A stretch of DNA of 63,896 nucleotides, counting the filler, from Craspedostauros australis (lineage: Eukaryota): the NCBI GenBank assembly GCA_030167865.1. It is 16 parts of 16 records of this genome, joined end to end, with 100 filler letters (N's around TTAATTAATTAA, not from the genome) between each part and the next. Parts side by side here need not be neighbours in the genome. Positions count along the whole stretch, not along the records: positions 35,591 to 41,403 come from JALAGF010004927.1; positions 41,504 to 46,175 come from JALAGF010004928.1; 14 more parts are not named here. One strand, given 5' to 3'. Made by a program: the position numbers and the translations under genes. Within the stretch, counting starts at the first letter, position 1, and each line of letters begins with the position of its first letter. Under the pieces are notes generated by a model. It was given only the letters and a program-made list of their open reading frames with translations, searched no databases and was not told where the DNA came from. Shown here one piece after another: positions 35,591-46,175 of this stretch.

Positions 35591-37003
35591 GATCATGATC
35601 CAGACTTCAAGACTTTCTGGAAACAACTCCATCGAAAATTGTGGGTTCCGAAGACTGCATTCAATATACAGAGTCATTCAAGACAGCAGATCGACTGCTA
35701 CAGTGTCACACCCAAGCGGATGGAATACTGGGACATGGCCATCGAAGCAGGATTCACCGTCGCTGACTTGGAATCGATGCAGTGGTGGCACAAGCACGTT
35801 GCTTTATCATCTCGTGTTCTACTGAGCAAATCGCTTTTTCAGAGAAGCGGATGGATGGGTATTGGATCCCTGTATCTGAAATTCGGCAGCAATGACCAAT
35901 TCGGAGAAGAAGACAAGCAAGCCATTCGCTTTGTACTTCGATTGGCTGCCAAACGCCCAGCCAAATCTATATTCGGCGAAGGCATCTGCTTGCCTCCATG
36001 CTTCGTGAAGATAAAACAGCTCCATGATATCCCTCTTGTGACACATCGTGTGCATTTTGATTCATGTGATCTTGTTGATTGTGACAAGCTCATGTTCAAC
36101 ATCTCCCAAAACTCCAAATACGTTTCGTTTTGTTTCTGCAAGCTCACCAATGGGGGCGCTGATTTGTGCAGATGGCTGTCTCCAAACAATTGCAGTGTCA
36201 CCGAAGTATTCTTTTGGGACACCCGTATCACTTGCGATAGCTTGGCAAAGCTATTCCAGTCAAACAAGCGCATCAACAAGCTCAACATCAATTGGTCTCG
36301 GCTCTCCGACACTCAACAAATCCACTCACAACAAGAAATCGACCAGATCATCAAACTCCTTTCAGATGCATCACACCTGAACAAGCTCGAGGTTTCCTGT
36401 ACTTGGGACATGTCATCGCAACAAGAGGGGGTGACAAGGTTCGACACTTTGATCTCGCTCCTGGGAAACAAGAGCTTGTCATCTCTCAGATATCGTCATT
36501 TTGATGTCCCCAGCATGTTTGAGGTTGCGCCCGAGATCTTCTCGGCACAAATGAAAGCACTTCAGCAAGCCTTGGAGCAGACTACCCAACTCACCCATCT
36601 CGACATTTATCGAGACTCGCCTGACGAACATGTCCATTCGTACAATGCGCTTGTTGAACAAAACTTGCGGCGAAATCATCGCAACAAGGTGACAGCAGTG
36701 TTGTGTTCCCTTTCAACATGGTCGCGGCCACTGGCCCTGTTTGGAGAGATGCTGATGAGAACAAGCAAACGTCGTGGTCCAATGTTTGAAGAGGGTCTCA
36801 TGGGTACAATGGATCCCACGAGCGAGACTTTCAACATTCTGCTGCAGGGCAGTGAGACGTTGAAACAGGCATGGGATGACAAGAGAGAGGATCGGCTCGT
36901 CCGAGTTGATGATCCTTCTGCTTGTCATGTGGAAAAGAAAGGTACATCGATGATTGATGCGATCCTGGATGGCCTTGGAGTATTCTTGTCGTCGAGTAAT
37001 TAG
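35591..37003 (+). CDS. Uncharacterised protein, possibly RNI/leucine-rich-repeat-like, 5' truncated
   Basis: The frame is open from the contig start to TAG at 37003. Spaced LxxL-type segments INKLNI, LNKLEV, LSSLRY and LTHLDI. Confidence 0.6.
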   Translation, partial: DHDPDFKTFWKQLHRKLWVPKTAFNIQSHSRQQIDCYSVTPKRMEYWDMAIEAGFTVADLESMQWWHKHVALSSRVLLSKSLFQRSGWMGIGSLYLKFGSNDQFGEEDKQAIRFVLRLAAKRPAKSIFGEGICLPPCFVKIKQLHDIPLVTHRVHFDSCDLVDCDKLMFNISQNSKYVSFCFCKLTNGGADLCRWLSPNNCSVTEVFFWDTRITCDSLAKLFQSNKRINKLNINWSRLSDTQQIHSQQEIDQIIKLLSDASHLNKLEVSCTWDMSSQQEGVTRFDTLISLLGNKSLSSLRYRHFDVPSMFEVAPEIFSAQMKALQQALEQTTQLTHLDIYRDSPDEHVHSYNALVEQNLRRNHRNKVTAVLCSLSTWSRPLALFGEMLMRTSKRRGPMFEEGLMGTMDPTSETFNILLQGSETLKQAWDDKREDRLVRVDDPSACHVEKKGTSMIDAILDGLGVFLSSSN

Positions 37004-37299
37004 AACAGCGCATGAAGACAGTATTGATACTCTGGTGCATGTGAGTGTGTTGTTGTACGAGTGAGATGGAAAAGGGAGATGGTTGGTTGGTTGGTTGCTT
37101 GATTGATTGATTGGGAGATGTTCACTTGTGATTATGATTATGATTGAGTGGTGTGGTTGGTGAGAAGTATGGAATGTCTGGATCGTACAAGTGTGGCTGG
37201 TCCGTCAACAACAAGCGAAAGCCGTCCACAGAATCTATCTGCATCACACCGCGATTTCACGTCGCGATTTCGCACTGCTCCGCACATTCTCATATCCTC

Positions 37300-38040
37300 A
37301 GAACAGCGGCATCCAGAAAGATCTTCTTCGCAACGCCCGTCTTGTCCATGATGAAGAAGCACACATCCCGGAACTTGGCCAACGGTCCTCACAAGGCCTT
37401 CAGGTATCCCATCAGACCAGGGTTGGCTATGCTGGACGTGATGGTCCCGATGGTGGACCATCACTTGTCCATGTATTCTATCTGCAGGATGTCTTTGAGG
37501 CTGTTCCCGCCATTGGCTTGTTCGTCGTATTGCATATTGTATTGCCGAATGGCGTTGGCCAGACAGTTAGCGTCTTGGATGGCCTGATTGTCGCCCTGTC
37601 CAAGGAACAGAGGCACAGCGTGCGCCGCATCACTACAGACAGTCAGGATGGCGGCTTTCTCCACATCTGCGTCTTTGCAAGTGCTTCCATTGAAGTTGCC
37701 GTGGGTGGCCATCATCGCCTTGGTCCATCACGCAAAGGGCTTGTGGAAGTAGATCCCCAACTCGAAGAAACGATCGGCATTGTCGATGAGTCGATCGATG
37801 ATGGGCCTGATGGTGTGCNTGGGGATCTTGGCATCATCGATCTACTGTCGCATCTGCTGCTGGATGCGCTCAGCCTTGGATGATGCCTTCCAAGCGACGT
37901 TGTTGTCGCTGTTGTCGCTATTGTCGTTGGTGTCGTTGGTGTCGGTATTGCTGTTGTTCTCGAAAGCCTGCGCCAGGAGAGACCAGCGCTGCCACCGCCG
38001 ATCACGGCAATCTTCCGTATTGGTTGGTGGTTCCCACTCT
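37300..38040 (-). pseudogene. FAD-dependent monooxygenase pseudogene
   Basis: Rossmann motif KIAVIGGGSAGL (~38015-37980) and (S)DAAHAVPLFLGQGDNQAIQDA (~37640-37570) are broken up by frameshifts and stops, and the middle of the domain is missing. Confidence 0.75.
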
Positions 38041-39167
38041 CATTGCTTCTTCTCCTGCTGCTGCTGCTGCTGCTTCGCTTCTGCGTTGGAGTGAGGATGA
38101 CGGGGACGACAGGACCGTCCGGTACTTGGATTAGTCATGGATAAATACGACGGACAGACCGCCCATGGAACCCAATGACGTTTCCAATCGAGTCCCGCGT
38201 AACCAAACTTCGTGCTGAAGCAATAATTTGAATTTGTGTAGACGTTATATTAGCGTTACGCGTGTCAGTCTGTTTCCGTNNNNNNNNNNNNNNNNNNNNN
38301 NNNNNNNNNNNNNNNNNNNNNNNNNNNNNNNNNNNNNNNNNNNNNNNNNNNNNNNNNNNNNNNNNNNTTTCAGAACGGATTCAGAATCGAGTCAGAACTT
38401 CAGAACTTCAGAATTTTTCCATTCTGATTCTGAATCGAGAGTGTCCCTCCGAGTGATCCCTGTGGGGGCTTCGTCGCAGGCACACACAAGTTTCCTTCTG
38501 TCTGTTGGCTTGTCCGGGCGTATGATGTCCAATCGCATTGTTCACCCATGCAGATACACGAATGCTCTACTGTACACAAACACAAACACAAACACAAGAG
38601 ACAGTAACAGCCAGAATACTGGGTGTGACATCAACAACATGACCACAAGTAGAAACATCTTGGCGCCAGAAAAGATGTTGTAGGCAGTATGACAATGACA
38701 ACTAGTATGGTAATCTACTCAGTATTCTGTTCTTGGTTGACTGCGCGTGCTGCGCTGAGGAGTTGTTCGTGCATCGCAGTTACGATTCGGGCGTAGTCGG
38801 CGCGAATCGGTGGAAGATGTCTCTTGGATCTGCCAGCTTCGGGATAGCCGTGTGATGCAGTTCAAGAGAGGTGTACTGATTGAAGAGTTGTTACTGTAAC
38901 GATGAGTAGATGAGTGCTTTGTAGCTAATCTTTGTCTGTGTTTATTATGAGTTAGCTTGTGGTGTTAATAGGGTGAAGAAACGATGTCACACAACTTGGC
39001 GAGACCCCGCACTGATGTACTTGGTTCAGTGCTACAGGGTATACAGTCATTACAGCGCCTTGCTCTCCACACACGTAGTTACACTGCAGTGTAGATCATG
39101 GCTCATGACAGTGACGACCATGAAGCAGTGGCTGTGGTTGGAGCTGGCTCTCGGATTCCATTGCTTG

Positions 39168-39465
39168 AGTTGAAGCAAGTTGGATACACGCGTTAAGACT
39201 ACGGCAGTGGTGCAGTAGTCATCAGCATGGAGGGAATCGAGGTGTGTTGTAGTAAAAGGATCTGAGGAGCATATAGTTCCCAAGGTGAATTGTGAGTCAG
39301 GTCGGTCATGTTTGAGTCATGATGGATTCGTGAATGGAGGAGAGAAAAGAGGAGAAAAAGGTTTGGTGGTCGATCAAGTCGGAAGATTTCGCGCCAAAAC
39401 AAGAATTTCTCCCATCTGGTTGATACCGTATTCGGTAATAGTCTGTCCCTCATTGAATCTCAACT
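39168..39465 (-). mobile_element. LTR-like sequence related to family B
   Basis: GAGCATATAGTTCCCAAGGTG, TTTGAGTCA and TTTCGCGCCAAAA are shared with 27512-27665, and it ends in TCAACT. The left boundary is uncertain. Confidence 0.55.
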
Positions 39466-39944
39466 ATCGCCTTCTTTTTCTCCTCCTCATTTTTGCGACG
39501 CTGCGACCAGTATGTCGATGCCATCTTACTTCGCTTGAGATGATGGATGTGATCGCGAAGTTGCTTCAGCATGAACTGGTGGTACACAACATTGGACTCG
39601 TAGAGCTCGTTGGGTTTCTTGGCAAGGTGCAGGCCACTATCAAAATCAGTTGCCAGCTGTGCCTCTGCATTTGATCCTTTCCATCGAGGGCGAGTGGGCA
39701 CAATTGGTGGAAGGGCCTTGAATCGTTCGAAAGCCTGGGCATCAGCTTGTGCTCGTCGCTTCTGTTCATTGCATGCCTTGCGAAGAGTTCGAAGATTGGT
39801 ACGGAAGTTGACGTAGTTGATTTGCTTGTATTCGACTCGCAGTTCGTAGACGGCGCGAGGTTTCATGTCATCAGTGATTCTCCCATGCAGAAGATCATCA
39901 CGAAGAGTCTCCTTGACCGCTGGCCACAACTTGCTGCGAGGCAT
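39466..39944 (-). CDS. Unknown ~160-aa protein with an internal duplication, repeated at 61235-61668
   Basis: Two similar halves (W..vketL.DD...G...mkP..vYe....Y....fR and W.gSnAeaqL..D...G....kP.eLYes...Y.qF...lR). The C-terminus runs into the LTR-like sequence. Confidence 0.6.
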
Positions 39945-40281
39945 GATTAACAAGTAGTCGAGATGTTGTTCTGTTGTAGTTTGTGTGTGAGACCTGTTGT
40001 GACGTTGGGCAAGAGTCGCAGTGAGACCAAGCGGACTCTACCACTCATATCTGCGAGATAACACCCAACAATCGATACGAAGAGAACAGCATGAGCAACT
40101 ACAACGAGTTCGGTAGCCCCGCCAGCAATAATCCGTTGCTTGTTTGTAATCTGTCCAAACGGCGATGCACACAAGACTGCTTGATCTTCCCACCAAAACA
40201 GGGCCATGACAATCGTGCCAACGAGCTCAGTCTCCCACATAGTGCTCCTTGCGACGACAACACAAGTATACCCAACACGCA

Positions 40282-41379
40282 ATGAATCAGAATCTAGGCT
40301 CAACTGTATCCACAATAAATGCTGATCAGCATCATCATATACTAGTTCAAAACCAACCAACCATGGAGGACTCTCAGGAGAAACAAGCGCGCAAGCGAAA
40401 AGGTACGAAGGCCCCAACCAGCGCCACCGACACGCAAATTCTGAGCTTCATTCAAAACCCATCCAAGCACGGCAAATTNNNTANATTTTGTGATCAGAAT
40501 GTCTTNCTCTTTGGCCTGGCGCGGTCGCCTGAGCGGAAGAGAGCGTACAATAGAAAGAACTACTTGGAGAAAACCGTGAGTGCAGCACAAGGCAATGACA
40601 TGGATGAGTTGTGCTCCATGTTCCAGAATCACGCCATCGAATCACCACACAAAAAGCGAAAGCATCACAACCAACAATCCAACACCCACCCACGAGCCAG
40701 TNANNNCCTCANCACCTCAGCACCAGCACCAGCACCAGCAACCATGTCCAAGAACATCGCCTTCCGCACCAGCTTCACCCTCAANGGAGATGGCGCAACA
40801 ATGATCCCTGGCGGAATCGCCATCTACGTCGCATCTGCCAAGGCCGACGGTAATCTCGTCGTCGACAAGGTGGTCATCTCGAAGCTTGTCACTGACGCTC
40901 GCGACATCAGCCATTACTCCGCCATCCTGGGCGATGACAACAAATCAATCATCATCACTGAGCCAGTGTTTCCGCTCGTTGACGTTCGGGACAAGACGGC
41001 CATTGCAACCGCAAGAACTCAGGCCATCTTCTGTGACAAGGCCAAGGAGGAGTACTTCAAACTCTCCAATCGGTTGGACAAGACTGAAGGATCCCGTCCG
41101 CTCATGGAGACCACTCTTGTGCCCCCAGATGGGATGGAGTTCTGCAAGGAGTTCTACAATGTGCGGAAGGATCCCACCAACCACTCCCTGAAGCGCTGCA
41201 GCCGACGTATTGAGCTGTCAAGCAAGGACGCCAATCCAGGGGCAGCCACAGACTCCTTCATCAAGGTCTTCTGGCATGTGGCTGTGGCCAATACAACTGC
41301 AGACACCAGTGCTGTGCGAACCGCTGAGGATGACGACGATGATGACGATCTTGGCGCAGGCAACGTGAAACGTGAGTGA
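40282..41379 (+). CDS. Unknown protein divergently oriented to the 160-aa ORF, N-terminal half repeated at ~62008-62443
   Basis: Open frame of ~360 aa containing FCDQNVxLFGLARSPERKRAYNRKNYL. Start codon uncertain. Confidence 0.55.
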   Translation: MNQNLGSTVSTINADQHHHILVQNQPTMEDSQEKQARKRKGTKAPTSATDTQILSFIQNPSKHGKXXXFCDQNVXLFGLARSPERKRAYNRKNYLEKTVSAAQGNDMDELCSMFQNHAIESPHKKRKHHNQQSNTHPRASXXLXTSAPAPAPATMSKNIAFRTSFTLXGDGATMIPGGIAIYVASAKADGNLVVDKVVISKLVTDARDISHYSAILGDDNKSIIITEPVFPLVDVRDKTAIATARTQAIFCDKAKEEYFKLSNRLDKTEGSRPLMETTLVPPDGMEFCKEFYNVRKDPTNHSLKRCSRRIELSSKDANPGAATDSFIKVFWHVAVANTTADTSAVRTAEDDDDDDDLGAGNVKRE

Positions 41380-41882
41380 ATACAAGTGAAGCAATGGTGT
41401 GTGNNNNNNNNNNNNNNNNNNNNNNNNNNNNNNNNNNNNNNNNNNNNTTAATTAATTAANNNNNNNNNNNNNNNNNNNNNNNNNNNNNNNNNNNNNNNNN
41501 NNNCAAAAATGAAGAACACATTTGTCCGAATTGACACAATGTAACATGTCGCAGTACTCTGAAACTTGTTTTCGGCATCACGCCCGTCCGCCAAACGACA
41601 CGAAAATGACACTCGTTTGCACAAGCGAACCTCACAACTAACCAAGCACGAGATTGAGGATCGGGCGAGAGCGGGGATCAGGCACGCCCGGCGCGCAACT
41701 TCAGCGCTTGACGGGAACTACGTCATAAAGCACGACTCGATTCAGCTCAATCACGAGCTCGTGGAGTCGTGAGTGGACAAATTACCGTGTTCCCCAGGTG
41801 GCGGAAAAAGAGGGCTCCCCCCCCAAAAGAGAAAGAAGTGGAAGAAAAAGAGGAACAACGAGAAAAAGTGAGCGGCCGGCGA

Positions 41883-43580
41883 TCACATGCAAAGCGCGGT
41901 GATCCGCAACCGGTCCGCGAGTGACCACTGCAGATACGCCGTAGGCATATCCTCGTTAGCGCGCTGTCGCCGCCAGCGCCCGTGTTCGGAGACCTCGAGT
42001 TTGGTGGCCGCTCGCATACATCCCGGACGCTTCCGGGAAACGTGGGTGCGTCCCCCTCGCCGATACATGTGAAACGAGTAGAACCGCGTGGGAATGGGCA
42101 CTTGTTGCGCGCCGATGGCCGATCGTAGAAAGGTGGCGCCACGCTGTTGTTGCTCCAGCAGGGATGGATACACGAACGTCGTGCGGTAGAATTGCGATGT
42201 CCACGGCTGTCCCGAAGGATGGTGAGCCACGAGGTCCGTTGGGACGTGGTGATCCCGCTCTGCTCGCGCGCGAAGCATCCAGTCGCCGAGACTGAGACCT
42301 GACGAGGTGCGGAAGGCAATGACGACGTCGGCTTGTCGACTGCGATCGGACTTCGTCTGCATGGCCAGGCGTAGCAGTACCGCGCCTGTGTTCGGTGGGA
42401 GGTCGTTGTTGCTGGCGTCTCGTGGGTCGAGAATGGTGACATCCGACCATGAGATACCGAAGGTTTCCGCCGCCCGTAGCCATCCCAGCCAGCCCATGAG
42501 GTTGATGACGCCCGCCATTGCTGCTGTCCGCCACTGTTGTGGCGTGACCGCATGTTGGTATTGGTGGAGGAAGCTTCGGTCCATGAAGTGGATGTGACGA
42601 GAGAGCAAGGCGGCTGGAGGGCGCGAGTCTTCGCCGAGTCGCGTGCGCATGCCCTGCGTCAGCATCGAATACCCGAGATGGTCCGTCGGGAGGCATGTGT
42701 CGACGGTGATAGGTCGCTGTTTGGCGTCGAGCATGGCGCGTTCGGGATGCGCGATGCACATATTCCACATGCCGAAGGCCGATGCAGCGCTGCGTAGTCC
42801 GCGTACGGTGCTGAACTTGATGGTCTGGGCGTCGAGTGCGCTCTTACGAGAGGGCGCCTGTGTGGCGTAGTGCTCCTGCGCCCACATGATCGGGATCGTG
42901 TCGGAGCAGGGTGGTGATTGGATGTCGGGTGGTTGCATCGTCGGGATGCCGTATTGCAGACCGAACTTGCGCAGCACCTGAATCTTGCTGCTGTATGTGG
43001 TGAGCGTGCCCGCTGCCCAGTTGTGTGCCATGTCGATGATGCGCATACGTTCCAAGCGGAGGAGGTGATAGTCGGTGGGGCTGGAGATCAGTTCCCGCTG
43101 GAGGTGCACTCGGACCGTGCATGCTTCACAGACAAAGAGACCCAGTATGCTGAGGTTGGGTGGCAACACCAGGCCCTTGTGATTGCGGAGACGCGTGCGG
43201 AAGGGAGGTCCGGCTCGACAGCACAGTTTGTGGTATCGGGTGTGGCACGGTTGGTAGGAGATGCTGTCGTGAGTGAATCCGCTGTCTGCGAAGTGACATT
43301 GGTGCGCGGCGGTGTGCCGATTGATGCTCCTAGCACAGCCCGTGCAAACGCTCGGCGATCCGTTGGTGATGCCGCCGATTCCGGGAGCGGGGAGCAAAGT
43401 CCAATCTGGGAGGCGTGAGAGAGCGAGTGTGTGGAGAGACGCGGAGGAGGAGGTTAGGAATGTTGAGAGGAGAAGAAGAAGAGAGAGACAGGTCGTCATT
43501 GGTGAACACTCCGACCCGGATGAGATGACGTGAGAGTCGGACGAAAGTGCGTTGGAGCACTCTGGGGACGAGGATGACAA
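41883..43580 (-). CDS. Tyrosine recombinase with N-terminal Cys/His-rich domain
   Basis: Catalytic set WLRAAE (R), QTKSD (K), FHMYRRGG (HxxR), HGRW and MPTAY (Y). The true start is uncertain. Confidence 0.88.
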   Translation of the reverse strand: MSSSSPECSNALSSDSHVISSGSECSPMTTCLSLLLLLSTFLTSSSASLHTLALSRLPDWTLLPAPGIGGITNGSPSVCTGCARSINRHTAAHQCHFADSGFTHDSISYQPCHTRYHKLCCRAGPPFRTRLRNHKGLVLPPNLSILGLFVCEACTVRVHLQRELISSPTDYHLLRLERMRIIDMAHNWAAGTLTTYSSKIQVLRKFGLQYGIPTMQPPDIQSPPCSDTIPIMWAQEHYATQAPSRKSALDAQTIKFSTVRGLRSAASAFGMWNMCIAHPERAMLDAKQRPITVDTCLPTDHLGYSMLTQGMRTRLGEDSRPPAALLSRHIHFMDRSFLHQYQHAVTPQQWRTAAMAGVINLMGWLGWLRAAETFGISWSDVTILDPRDASNNDLPPNTGAVLLRLAMQTKSDRSRQADVVIAFRTSSGLSLGDWMLRARAERDHHVPTDLVAHHPSGQPWTSQFYRTTFVYPSLLEQQQRGATFLRSAIGAQQVPIPTRFYSFHMYRRGGRTHVSRKRPGCMRAATKLEVSEHGRWRRQRANEDMPTAYLQWSLADRLRITALCM

Positions 43581-46175
43581 ATCCAGTATCCAATGGCTGC
43601 TCCGCCCAGCACCCCAGCAGGAAGTAGATCAGCTGATAGGCCAGTTCTGGCGGCGGTGCCCACAGGGTGATGCAGTCCATGCAGCTCTCCGGGTTCCACG
43701 GGCGGTCCCATCGACGTAGTAGTACAGTCGTGAGGGTGTCGGGGAAGGCGAGGGACGCGATCCGGGGGACATGCCGTTGTTGGAGTGGTGCCGGGGCCAG
43801 ACATGCGGAGAGGATCTGCGATGAGGTCGGTCTCTGATGGGGCCGCATTGATCCAGATCCCACGGCTGAGTCGGTCAGTCCCTTCTGTGATGATGGCGGT
43901 GCCAGGGATGTGGATGACTTGGAGGTGACACGACAGGTGAAGCTCGAGCTGCTTGATCTTTCGAACCATCTTGTGCAGTTCCGGTGATGTGGAAGTGCCT
44001 CCATCGACAACACAGTAGGTGCACATGTTGTCGGTGAAGTAGAAGAAGGTGGCTCCAAAGACGTCGGTGGCGGATGCTGGGTTGTTAGCAACCTGCTGTA
44101 GAGTGCTGAGCAAGGTGCGCAGCTCCTTCCAGTTGGAGGAGTGGCGTGTTGCCACGAGGGTGGACCATGTGCCCATCCACATACATGAGGGTTGACTGGG
44201 GAAGAGGATGGTGCCACCGGTGCCTGTGCCACTGCCGTCTCCAAAGCTGCTGACGAGAACGCCGGTGCGGGTCGCGCGACCGCTTCGTGCGGTATCGTTG
44301 GTGAGCGCTGATCGCCACCACTGGAGGTCTTGTGTGACTGCGAGGGTGATAGCTGTGTAGCTGAAGTATGGTAGATCAGGTTGGTCCCATTCGTCGGAAT
44401 GGACGAGTGCGTAGAGAGCCCGCAGGTAGTTGCGACCGAGGTACGATGGTGTGGCCTCGGCGACGCTCTCCAACATGCCTGCCAGAACAGCGAGGGCGAG
44501 TTGGGAGACTCTTGTGGGTGTGGCTTCGATGTAGTCCAACACCGCAATGATCTTGTCCCGTTTCAGCGGAGGAATGCGTAGACGTGGTGTGCTTGTGGTG
44601 TCGAATATCAGTGCAGTGTACTTGACAACCTGGCTGGGTGGTGTGAGCTTGCCAGGGTGACAGAGTAGGCCGCAGTCCACCGACAGGTCGAGGAAGGCCG
44701 ACAGTGCCGCCGCGGTCTTGTGGCGTGTGGGTCCATGGATGATGAAGTCATCACAGTGGGCCCACACGAGAGCGGCGGGCGATCCGTCGGATCCGATGGC
44801 CACAAGTCCCTGTCCTCTGGTGTGATCATAGTCCAGGCCTTGGTCGAATGCGGTCCACCACATATTAGAGCATTGAGTGCCTTGGTATATCGGAGAATGC
44901 TCGCGTAGTCGTCGGAGGAAAGCAGTTCCTAGCCTGCATGCGATAGCCGGTGATTGGCTAGATCCCATNGGCAGCCCAGCATACTGGTACATTTTTCCCG
45001 AAATCGGATGTTGGATGCCGAGAAATCGCCTTTCGTCAGGACGCGTTCGAAATTGGTAAAAATACTTCGAAGCGTCCACCACCGCCGACCATCCACCGTG
45101 ATACATTTGTTTCAAAATGTCGCGGCTTTTTGGAAAAATGGTCGGGTCGGCCCCAATGAACTCGTTGGTGCGATTTTCTCGCATGTTGGCGATGATGCGC
45201 CATTGATCGGGCTGCATGGGTTTCGGTAGGGCGAAGAGTGGAGCATTAACGACCACTGGGTGGAGTGGGTCTTGCGGTTCGACGACACCGAGGCTGAGTA
45301 GCTCGTCGACGAAGTCCGCTGCCACCTGTTGTTGCTCAGCGGTCATGTCGGTGTTATCATGGTGTCCTGATTCCGGAGTGCCCAGAAAATTCATCGGACT
45401 CCCTTCTCGTAGATGGTCCCAGTGTTGCTGAGGGAATTCCCACCAGAGCACTCGTAGCTGTTTGGGGACGGGGTGTGTGTCGGTGTAGTTGGTGCGGTGC
45501 ACGCGTAGGTCGTCGAGTCCGTCCTCGAGTAACGAAGCGGATCGTTCTCCGTATCGCGCACAGGCTTGCCGCAGGTTGCGCACACGGCGCCGATACCAAT
45601 CGCCGCCAGGAGAGAGGTCGGGTGGAGTCCATAGATATGGGGAGTCGCCGTCGTTGTTCTCGGGGATAGTTGGTTGGGTCTGTCTTCGTCGTCTTCGTCG
45701 TCGTCGTCGTTCTGTCGTTGGTGTCGTTGGTGTCGTAGGTTGGGAGTGTTCGGAGTGCTGATGTACTTGGCGGGCCAAGTCCATCAGCGGTGTGGAGAGG
45801 TACTCCAGCAGATGTTGTGACGGAGTGTGGAAAAGCACTCGCCATTTCGCCTGCTTCAGCACCTCTCCGGGGAGCGAGCTGCCCAGGGCTTTCCCTAGCT
45901 CGTCTGGAAAGAGGCGTCGGACGCCTCTATCCGTCTGAATGAGGGCAAGCCGGTCCATTGGCATCGCAGATGTTGCGCTGTCGACGACCGACTGGGCGTT
46001 GCTCTTCGTTGTATAGCATCGTCGAGGAACTCCGCAATGGCGAAGACAGTTCGCCATGCTTCGCTCAGATGCAGGTTGGAGGTCTGGCCATTCGATGCCA
46101 GATGCCGTCCACGTTGTTGCCGCCCTCACCACCACCGTATAAATCACCGATACCGCTCCACCCATTCGTTGATTG
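43330..46175 (-). CDS. YR-element Pol: possible C5-MTase tail, RT, RNase H, then a DIRS-type methyltransferase-like domain after a frameshift at ~43840
   Basis: RT: PLFALPK, WRIIANM, VDASKYFYQF, GLxMGSSQSP, HCDDF. RNase H: FGDGSGTG, SSNWKELR, FTDN, HIPG, TDRLSRG. Second frame: TLWAPPPELAYQLI...FVILVPRVLQRTF. Confidence 0.85.

Larger units (their letters stand above)
41504..46175 (-). mobile_element. Tyrosine-recombinase (DIRS-like) retrotransposon, 5' truncated
   Basis: RT, RNase H and an MT-like domain are followed by an overlapping tyrosine recombinase ORF. No DDE integrase or protease is seen. Confidence 0.88.

Noticed and set aside
43496..46165. Bacterial retron, DGR or group II intron RT with a phage integrase
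   Set aside because: RT followed by RNase H, an MT-like domain and an overlapping YR matches eukaryotic DIRS-like architecture. No template/variable repeats or msr-msd structure were seen.
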